Virus record (IMG/VR): IMGVR_UViG_2684622643_000005
Span: 44,038 to 64,037 of that record
Source: an uncultured virus (IMG/VR IMGVR_UViG_2684622643_000005)
Lineage: Duplodnaviria > Heunggongvirae > Uroviricota > Caudoviricetes
Reading direction: 5' to 3' (one strand)
Length of the DNA: 20,000 nt
The number at the start of each line of letters is the position of its first letter. The first letter of the stretch is position 1. The translations under genes and the position numbers were made by a program. Below are positions 1 to 6,350 of this stretch, one piece after another. The notes beneath the pieces were generated by a model. It had not been told where the DNA came from, did not search any database, and saw only the letters and a program-made list of their open reading frames with translations.

Positions 1-20
1 CGATGTTCAACCTGGTCTAG
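1..20 (+). CDS. Probable 3' end of the phage repressor gene (…MFNLV*)
   Basis: Frame reads ATG TTC AAC CTG GTC TAG. Position and orientation upstream of the accessory cassette and pL match lambdoid cI, but only 5 codons are visible. Confidence 0.3.
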
Positions 21-104
21 GTGAGGCGAGGCGTCATCGCATATGGGCCGCAGGCTCACAAGCACCGCATCATAGGCAAGGTCATCTGGAGGGGGGATCT
101 CTAA
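21..104 (+). pseudogene. Relic C-terminus of an S24/LexA-type repressor (…HRIIGKVIWRGDL*)
   Basis: IIGKVIWRG is the typical last strand of S24-family phage repressors; it lies in frame but after the TAG at 18-20. Confidence 0.5.
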
Positions 105-226
105 AGGATGTTGCGGGAGTACCGGAGGATCATTGGGCAATAGCGGAGTCATTACGTTTTCGTTCCGGTCTGGGATCGTGGGGTACTGATAAACACTGAG
201 CCAGATCGCAAGCAAAAGCCAAATAG

Positions 227-1402
227 ATGGATAGGGAAATGACAGAACTTGAGTTACCAGCCGTTGAGCGACCTGGTGAAGCGGACCTCGATGCGATGAC
301 CTTTGGTAGAGCTCTCCATGAGTGGGCTCGAAGGCATGGAGCATTGGCGTTTCGAGAAGTTGCGCCTGCAGCAGAGGTTATGCCGCTGGAGCGAATCTTC
401 GATACAGATGCGGACTCGGCCAAGCGCATATCTCAAGCTCTGCACCGATTGAAAATTACGGCGATCACTGCAGATGGGGAAAATGGAACGGTTTCTGTCC
501 TCTGCAAGAATGCAATCTCGTCTCAGATCGACAAGAAGCTGCCGAAGCGTGTTCACGAAATTGATATCACCTATACCGGGAAAACCACGGTAGAGGTAAA
601 TCCGCCAGCTATCCCATTTTCAGGCTCTGCGGGGTCACCCGTTTGGTTTTCGCATGGAGGGAGAATTGCCTGCGGCTCTTCTGTAACGTCCAGTCAAGTG
701 TTTGACGCAGGTACGCTTGGCTTTCTAGCACGTCTAGCAGATGGTCGTCTTGTTGGCTTTTCGAATAACCACGTGACCGGTGAATGCAACCATACCCCGC
801 CAGGTATGCACATTCTTAGTCCTTCCCCGCTCGATGCTACTCCATCCAGCCCACCGCCATTGGCCATAGGCTCTCATTTCGCCTTGGTTCCGCTTCACAG
901 CGGAGATCCAAATCAGATCAGCCTTCAAGAAACTGACGCAGCGATTTTCTTGATCACCGAGCCAGATTGCGTCTCTTCGATGCAAGGGAACGGCTTCTAT
1001 GACACTCCAGCTGAAACTATTCCCTTGCATGCGGGACTAAGAGTCAAGAAGGTTGGCAGAACGACAGGACTGAGAGTTGGCACGGTTTTGGGTGAGATGG
1101 TTGTCCCGTTCTTCATCCCTTACAAGTCCAGCAAATTCCAGTCTATAGTATATTTCTCTGGCGTCTGGGCGGTTGAGGGCGACGGCGGAAACACCTTCTC
1201 TGAAGGTGGTGACAGCGGATCTCTCGTTGTTACTGCCGATGGAACGAAAGCGGTCGGAGTGGTCTTCGCGGGAGGTGGTAATGTGTCATACATTCTCCCT
1301 ATCGACAAAATCCTCGACCTTTTCACTATGACGCTAGTGTCAGGACACAACTCGGAGCTAGCAAATGAACAGCCGTCAAGCAGCAGCGACGTTACTGCGT
1401 AG
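227..1402 (+). CDS. Trypsin-fold (S1/Nal1-like) serine protease with N-terminal extension
   Basis: Motifs GTLG, SNNHV (His), TDAAI (Asp), VKKVGRTTG and FSEGGDSGSLV (Ser). The start may be the ATG at 239. Confidence 0.88.
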   Translation: MDREMTELELPAVERPGEADLDAMTFGRALHEWARRHGALAFREVAPAAEVMPLERIFDTDADSAKRISQALHRLKITAITADGENGTVSVLCKNAISSQIDKKLPKRVHEIDITYTGKTTVEVNPPAIPFSGSAGSPVWFSHGGRIACGSSVTSSQVFDAGTLGFLARLADGRLVGFSNNHVTGECNHTPPGMHILSPSPLDATPSSPPPLAIGSHFALVPLHSGDPNQISLQETDAAIFLITEPDCVSSMQGNGFYDTPAETIPLHAGLRVKKVGRTTGLRVGTVLGEMVVPFFIPYKSSKFQSIVYFSGVWAVEGDGGNTFSEGGDSGSLVVTADGTKAVGVVFAGGGNVSYILPIDKILDLFTMTLVSGHNSELANEQPSSSSDVTA

Positions 1403-1577
1403 GCTGAACCTGCCTGAAGGAACAGCAAACGTGGTGGTTGATGATCAACACGACCCAGCTGAGCTGACAGTGCTCGTATTCTGCCCTCCAAAGCCGATGC
1501 TTGTAGTGGATGAGTGGGAGGGGCACCCGGTTCGTATACTGTTTACTGGCGCTCCGCCAATGGCCCATCTCCACTGA
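1365..1577 (+). CDS. 70-aa hypothetical protein overlapping the protease 3' end; possible protease partner or inhibitor
   Basis: GGAG upstream of the ATG, 38-nt overlap with the protease gene, followed directly by a terminator. Confidence 0.7.
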   Translation: MNSRQAAATLLRRLNLPEGTANVVVDDQHDPAELTVLVFCPPKPMLVVDEWEGHPVRILFTGAPPMAHLH

Positions 1578-1581
1578 GATG

Positions 1582-1604
1582 AAGCCCCGCACCGCGGGGC
1601 TTTT
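1582..1604 (+). terminator. Intrinsic terminator after the protease cassette
   Basis: AAGCCCCGC-acc-GCGGGGCTT followed by TT. Confidence 0.8.
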
Positions 1605-1692
1605 CGTTCCAGGATGCCCTCCACTCCCGGCTCTGCGCTGAACTGACGACAGCCATGCCCCGGCGCTGCCCTTCCCGCCTGACACCACAACC

Positions 1693-1717
1693 AAAGCCCG
1701 CCTAGCGCGGGCTTTTT
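1693..1717 (+). terminator. Second intrinsic terminator (tImm-like) before pL
   Basis: AAAGCCCGC-ctagc-GCGGGCTTT followed by TT. Confidence 0.8.
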
Positions 1718-1735
1718 CATGGGCGCAAGAAAATA

Positions 1736-1800
1736 TATCTCCGCCGGTATTGACTTATGTATATCCGGCGGCTATAGTTAATCCATAGCCGCAGCCAATA
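1736..1800. promoter_or_regulatory. Three 17-bp OL-like operators at 1736, 1760 and 1784
   Basis: TATCTCCGCCGGTATTG, TATATCCGGCGGCTATA and CATAGCCGCAGCCAATA; the middle site is near-palindromic; exact 24-bp period overlapping the promoter. Confidence 0.7.
1750..1778 (+). promoter_or_regulatory. pL-like sigma70 promoter
   Basis: TTGACT (1750-55), 17-bp spacer, TATAGT (1773-78). Confidence 0.85.
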
Positions 1801-1824
1801 CGCGGCCCAGGCCACCGAGCCGAC

Positions 1825-1838
1825 CGCTCTTTCGACAA
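1825..1838 (+). promoter_or_regulatory. boxA-like antitermination site
   Basis: CGCTCTTTCGACAA versus the boxA consensus (T/C)GCTCTTTAACAA, about 45 nt downstream of the pL -10. Confidence 0.6.
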
Positions 1839-2368
1839 TTTGGGAACCCTCTGCTGCGCCAACGTCGCGAGACGCTGGAAGAGGCAAAAGACGCAGCCCG
1901 AGCTGGGCCGGACAGTCCAGCCGTGCAAGCCCATGCGTTGCACGCGACGTCGCTCAAGTCACCTGTCAATAGACCAAAGAAGCAAACGCAGGAGTGGGAA
2001 TGAACCCAGACAAGGAGAAGCGACCGAGATGACACCAATAGGAGGAAACAGCCAATGCAGTACTAAGCCCAGCCGATGTTCGGGTCGGCAATCCGCGCGT
2101 ACGTGCCCTACTCAACGGGCCGCCGGGCTGCACTCAAGCGCGGAGTAACACTGATACCCCATGACCAGCGCTGTATGCCGATTGAAGGCGTTGCGAGGGA
2201 AGCCCAAGGCCAAACACATCGAGTCCGAGCTGCTATCGGCAGTGGTGAGGACACACCACCCGCGAGTTGTAGAAGCCCAGTTAGGCGAACGCGGTGATTT
2301 GAGCGCTGCTAAATGCAGCGCTTTCCAGGGCCTCCTTCGATAGGCGGTCGCGGAAAGCGGAGACTGAA

Positions 2369-2890
2369 ATGAGTGAAACGCTAACCCAGGAGAGGCTCAA
2401 GGAGCTTCTTCGCTATGACACGGAAACCGGCGAATTCACGTGGCTGGCAAGGAAAGGATCACGAGCACTTGTCGGCTCGAAGGCGGGAAGCAATGACGGC
2501 CAGGGGTATATCCGAATCGCCATTGACGGCCGCCGATATAGGGCTCATCGCTTGGCTTGGCTGTATTGCTACGGCAAATGGCCTGCGGCGCAGGTTGATC
2601 ACCTGAATCATCGGCGAGATGACAACAGGCTTTCAAATCTTCGCGAGGCGTCCCACTCCGAGAACCAACGGAATGCAAGTCTTTGCAGGAGAAACACTTC
2701 TGGAGAGCTTGGGATAAGCCTCGAAATCAGTCGCCAGAAATGGCGCGTCCTGATCTCGATTGATGGGACAGGGAAGCGAAAGCACATCGGCTATTTCAGC
2801 TCTATCGAAGATGCCCGATCTGCGCGCGACGAGGCCTATGAGCGGCACGGATATCACCCGAACCACGGGGCGAAGCCACCTGCCGCATAA
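2369..2890 (+). CDS. HNH homing endonuclease with C-terminal AP2-like domain
   Basis: LTQERLKELLRYD…TGEF N-terminus, YRAHRLAW, VDHLNHRRDDNRLSNLR, then GI…KWRV…HIGYFSSIEDA. Confidence 0.92.
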   Translation: MSETLTQERLKELLRYDTETGEFTWLARKGSRALVGSKAGSNDGQGYIRIAIDGRRYRAHRLAWLYCYGKWPAAQVDHLNHRRDDNRLSNLREASHSENQRNASLCRRNTSGELGISLEISRQKWRVLISIDGTGKRKHIGYFSSIEDARSARDEAYERHGYHPNHGAKPPAA

Positions 2891-2954
2891 ACCCCGATTT
2901 CACTGGCTGGCCCTCCACCGAGGGCCAGACGGGAAGTCAACGAGGAGATAGGTC

Positions 2955-3284
2955 ATGGCCCGCCAGAACGATATTGAAACCATTAAGGATTTGTTGCATC
3001 GCGGCGAACTCACTGCCGACCAAGCAAATGTCCAGATGGTTCGCAACGATCGGTTCCGCATGGTGATCAATTCGCTTCCTGCAAGTGTGCGCAAGGCTCT
3101 CAATGCTGCGGTGAAAACTGGTGAGCTTGGGCACATGAAGAAAGATGGCCACAAGCCTGAGTGCTATTTCCACCCTACCTTCAAATATCTGGCTGTTGAG
3201 GCCCGCAACAAGCGGGAGTGTGAAATCGCAAGAGCAAGCCGCAGTGCTTTGGCAAGCATGAGTGACATTGTGTCACTTGATTGA
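2955..3284 (+). CDS. Hypothetical phage protein (109 aa)
   Basis: GAGGAG RBS; in the operon direction. Confidence 0.75.
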   Translation: MARQNDIETIKDLLHRGELTADQANVQMVRNDRFRMVINSLPASVRKALNAAVKTGELGHMKKDGHKPECYFHPTFKYLAVEARNKRECEIARASRSALASMSDIVSLD

Positions 3285-3352
3285 TCGGATACCCAAGATT
3301 CCCTTCGCAAGAGGGGCATCGAAGAAGTCAACACGCCCTGGAGGGCAAGACG

Positions 3353-3559
3353 ATGAATGAAAAGGCCTTACTGGCTTTACGTCAGTCTCTTCGAATCATC
3401 CGCAGGGAGAACGACGTACACCGAGCGCGCATCGAGTACTACGAAACGGTCGGGATGTTGCGCGGATTGCACTACGGCGGAGCGATCGATTCCTGGCAGC
3501 TATTAGCTCTAACCGAGCTAGCAGGAAGCGCATACATCAACGCTGGCAAACCCTATTAA
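3353..3559 (+). CDS. Hypothetical phage protein (68 aa, MNEKALLALRQ…)
   Basis: GGAGG RBS before the ATG at 3353; start corrected from the ORF track value of 3281. Confidence 0.75.
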   Translation: MNEKALLALRQSLRIIRRENDVHRARIEYYETVGMLRGLHYGGAIDSWQLLALTELAGSAYINAGKPY

Positions 3560-3569
3560 GGAGACTGAA

Positions 3570-3776
3570 ATGGCTCAATTCAATATCGATTCCCACCTGA
3601 GCGACGGCAAGAGCCTGCAATGGCTTGCCTTGCCGGACGCCGGTGAACAGCCTCTGGACGTTGAGGTGAAGGTTCGCCAGGCGGCAATGAAGAAGTTCGG
3701 ACAGTCCGTCTTCTTCAATTGCTGGGAGCACGTAGTTGCAAGCAACGGCTACATCACCGTGCGGATGCATGCGTGA
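3570..3776 (+). CDS. Hypothetical phage protein (68 aa)
   Basis: AAGGAG RBS; tight packing with neighbours. Confidence 0.75.
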   Translation: MAQFNIDSHLSDGKSLQWLALPDAGEQPLDVEVKVRQAAMKKFGQSVFFNCWEHVVASNGYITVRMHA

Positions 3777-3793
3777 TGCAAGGAGTCGACCCG

Positions 3794-3981
3794 ATGACAA
3801 TCATTCACGAATGCGACCGGTGCAACGCGCCCGGTCGCGTGATCGAGACGTCCGACGGATTCCGCTGCGAGGGTTGCTACGAGGATGCGCAGGAGCAGGT
3901 GCGCAGCGAGGCGAGCTGCCCCGAGTGTGGGCGCCTGGGGTGACGGCTACAGGAATTTGTTACGCCTGCGAGAACACTTGA
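3794..3981 (+). pseudogene. Frameshifted Zn-finger-type (four CxxC) small protein
   Basis: AGGAG RBS. Reads MTIIHECDRC…CEGC…CPECGRLG then TGA; one extra G in the run at 3937-3940 continues VTATGICYACENT*. Confidence 0.6.
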
Positions 3982-4023
3982 GAACACTGCCACGGTTCGC
4001 CGGGGCATCACCTAGGAAAGGAC

Positions 4024-4263
4024 ATGAACAGCAAGCAACGCCGACAAGCCTACCGCGCCATGCCCAAGCCAGGCGCCGTCGTCCGCTGGAAGTCGGCCAT
4101 CACTGGCAAGGTGCGCGAAGGCGTGATGGTCGGGCCGTCCGATATCTACACGAACGAACACCCGAACGCCTCCAAAAGCAGGCCGACACCGAGCACCCAC
4201 CGCGTGGCCGTCAGGATTGCCGGCGGCAAGTGCCACATCCTGGTTCGCCACCTGATCCGCTGA
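4024..4263 (+). CDS. Basic hypothetical phage protein (79 aa)
   Basis: AAGGA RBS; phage-like codon usage. Confidence 0.7.
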   Translation: MNSKQRRQAYRAMPKPGAVVRWKSAITGKVREGVMVGPSDIYTNEHPNASKSRPTPSTHRVAVRIAGGKCHILVRHLIR

Positions 4264-4325
4264 ACACCGCCCGCGCCTGCCGGGTTCCCCAACGCAGGCC
4301 CGATCCACATGGCTCCCCATCGCCA

Positions 4326-4542
4326 GGCTGTATCGGAGAGTGGTCTGAATGCGCAGGCTGATGCGCGACGAGAATCATGGTTTTGCCGCCATGAGACGAA
4401 CGTCATAACTGTAAATGGTTGCTGGCCAGACTGCCGCTGTGAACCGCGTACACGAATCGATGCGTGGCATGAAACGGAACACATGATGTCACCACCAGCA
4501 TGCCGGAGATCAGCACCGGCCAGACCACTCCCCCATACAGCC
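4326..4542 (+). ncRNA. Structured RNA element: 22-bp closing stem and two hairpins with complementary loops
   Basis: 4326-4347 pairs with 4521-4542 (2 mismatches); hairpins GCGCA-ggctga-TGCGC and GCCGG-agatcagca-CCGGC; loop sequences GCTGA and TCAGC are complementary. Confidence 0.6.
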
Positions 4543-4573
4543 AATTACCAGCCCCCGGGCAAGAGAGGAATCC

Positions 4574-4678
4574 ATGCCAACCCTTTTTGAGTTCGCTGCA
4601 ATGTGGGGAATTCTGCTTCTGACGATGTTTTTGCCGATCCGTTTGAAGCGTCGCCCTATTCAACCGCAAGACGCCTGA
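4574..4678 (+). CDS. 34-aa single-transmembrane peptide (MPTLFEFAAMWGILLLTMFLPIRLKRRPIQPQDA)
   Basis: GAGAGGA RBS; hydrophobic stretch followed by a basic tail; below the ORF track cutoff. Confidence 0.6.
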   Translation: MPTLFEFAAMWGILLLTMFLPIRLKRRPIQPQDA

Positions 4679-4694
4679 CAGGCAGGAGAACAGA

Positions 4695-5000
4695 ATGAGA
4701 AAGCACACGCCGGGGCCGTGGGGCATCGAACGCCTTCATGGAGAAATCAACGTGATCTCCTGCAATGAGCGAGATGGCGCTGCGAAAGATATGGGTATTG
4801 TTTATGTCCTTGCTCGCGATGTTGGCGGAATGATTCATGGCGAGCAGTTTGACGACAGAAGCGAAGTCGAAGCAAACGCCCGCCTGATGGCTGCGGCGCC
4901 TGATCTTATGGATGCTCTAGTAGCTCTGGTTGAGCGCGAGCAAACCACACCAGAGCTTTGGGAAGCAGCAAGAGCCGCAATCGCCAAGGCAACCGCCTAA
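4695..5000 (+). CDS. Conserved phage early protein (KHTPGPW…EANARLMAAAPDL family)
   Basis: Characteristic terminal motifs of a widespread phage hypothetical family; AGGAG RBS. Confidence 0.85.
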   Translation: MRKHTPGPWGIERLHGEINVISCNERDGAAKDMGIVYVLARDVGGMIHGEQFDDRSEVEANARLMAAAPDLMDALVALVEREQTTPELWEAARAAIAKATA

Positions 5001-5036
5001 CCGCGCCCTGGCGCATACACGCACTGGAGGCAAGAT

Positions 5037-5381
5037 ATGTGCAATTTCCAGCGAGGCACATATGAGTGCCGTGGAGATGGCTACTTATGGGATGCAGATA
5101 ACGACGGCTGGGACCCTGATGATGAGTCTTGGCCTTGTCCGGGCTGCAACACCTTGGAGTATCTAACCATCGCCAAGGAAGAATCGGAGAGTTGCAGCTT
5201 CTTCGTTGACTGCGGCGACAGCGGAACCGGCGAGGACATCTGGCGCCGTAAGCTCAACTGGGCTCTAGGTGCAAACCCTGAAGAAACTGAGCGCGTACTG
5301 AAGATTCTCGGACCAATCCACTGTCTCGTTCATGACAAGACATCGCCCGATGGCTTCATCGTGAGCATAAACAACGTATGA
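5037..5381 (+). CDS. Acidic Cys-rich hypothetical phage protein (114 aa)
   Basis: GGAGG RBS; C…C…GYLWDAD…PCPGCNT. Confidence 0.8.
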   Translation: MCNFQRGTYECRGDGYLWDADNDGWDPDDESWPCPGCNTLEYLTIAKEESESCSFFVDCGDSGTGEDIWRRKLNWALGANPEETERVLKILGPIHCLVHDKTSPDGFIVSINNV

Positions 5382-5409
5382 CTTCCCCGGCAAGGACGCC
5401 ACCCTTCAA

Positions 5410-5537
5410 TGGGGATGAGTCCCGCGCAGCGGGAGATGTACTAGGTACCTGCGGCCGTCCCTGCTTCGGCATACGAAATGAGTCACTGAATGGGTCCGCG
5501 CCAAGTCAGTCGCCGGTGAGATTCCGGCACATCCCCA
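5410..5537 (+). ncRNA. tRNA-like structured element (acceptor-like stem plus T-arm-like hairpin)
   Basis: TGGGGATG (5410-17) pairs with CATCCCCA (5530-37); hairpins TCCCGC-gca-GCGGGA and GCCGG-TGAGATT-CCGGC. Confidence 0.5.
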
Positions 5538-5552
5538 CCCTACCCCTCATTA

Positions 5553-5576
5553 GCCCGGCAAGTCCGGGCATTTTTT
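5553..5576 (+). terminator. Intrinsic terminator (tL-like)
   Basis: GCCCGG-caagt-CCGGGC followed by A and TTTTTT. Confidence 0.8.
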
Positions 5577-5710
5577 CGCCGTCCCAACACGCCGTCTGCC
5601 GCTTGGGCAGCGGGTGGCCGTCGCCTACTCGGTTTGTCTGTGGGCTCAACGTGAGGGTTTGACCATGTGAACTGCCGCCCGAGCAGGCCTCAGTAATGCT
5701 CCAGACAACC

Positions 5711-5746
5711 GAAAGCCCGGCGCAGACGTTGCCGGGCTTTCACTTT
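5711..5746 (+). terminator. Terminator-like hairpin, possibly bidirectional
   Basis: GAAAGCCCGGC…GCCGGGCTTTC, an 11-bp stem. Confidence 0.55.
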
Positions 5747-5810
5747 CTACCGCCTGTATGACGGGAGCGATTCGGAACGCTGCCGCATGCACGCGAACGC
5801 GAGGTGAGAC

Positions 5811-6176
5811 ATGAACACCGCATTGAAATACGCCCAGGAACGCTGGGACAACGCGCTACCGCCCGACGATGACGGCGACCGAGAGTATGTCACTGAGCAA
5901 GTCGGCAAGCTTCTGAACTGCGAGGACGGTGATTGCGTGCCGTTCCATGATCGGAAAGAAAGGCCCTTTATCGGCCCTGAGTTTACGGTCTACGGCTTTG
6001 CCGGATTCGTCCCTGAGTGGCTTGCCGAGGTCGACGGCAAAGAGTGCCCGATGACTCAGCTACTGCTTGCAGTGCGCCGCGGCGACCTGGAACTGGCCCA
6101 ACGCATCTGGTTCCGCGCATTCGAAGCAACGCTGATCGAGAACGCTGAACGAATGGTTAGGGAGAGACGAGTTTGA
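5811..6176 (+). CDS. Hypothetical phage protein (121 aa); stop codon supplied by the IS end
   Basis: GAGGTG RBS; ends GTT TGA, where TTGA is the IS terminus. Confidence 0.85.
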   Translation: MNTALKYAQERWDNALPPDDDGDREYVTEQVGKLLNCEDGDCVPFHDRKERPFIGPEFTVYGFAGFVPEWLAEVDGKECPMTQLLLAVRRGDLELAQRIWFRAFEATLIENAERMVRERRV

Positions 6177-6350
6177 CTGCTCCCCTCCCTGAAGGAAGGG
6201 GATTCCCAATTCACAGAGAACTGGACAGCGGTACTTGACCGATGCCGCTTACATTCTCTCCAAGGGCTAACACCGCCAGCCCGGCGGCTCTAATGTTGAT
6301 CGCTGCGTTCACGTCGCGGTCATGTTCGGTGCCGCATTCCTGGCATGTCC
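6153..6350 (-). ncRNA. Predicted omega/reRNA: scaffold from the tnpB 3' region and right end, guide from flank 6153-6172; boundaries approximate
   Basis: Established TnpB biology applied to the mapped right end; predicted guide starts ACTCGTCTCTCCCTAACCAT. Confidence 0.55.

Noticed and set aside
1840..2343. ORFs 1840-2148, 2076-2297 and 2161-2343 as an N antiterminator
   Set aside because: Weak or absent RBS at the listed starts, atypical composition, and the region is better explained by RNA structure; not fully excluded.
4405..4421. CTGTAAA resembling a tRNA-Tyr anticodon loop
   Set aside because: The flanks do not form an anticodon stem.
2955..5381. Anti-CRISPR locus among the small early ORFs
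   Set aside because: No aca-type HTH gene or recognisable Acr; small size or acidity alone is insufficient.
4309..5662. ORFs 4309-4590 and 5378-5662 as proteins
   Set aside because: They run through inverted repeats or a terminator and have non-protein-like composition.
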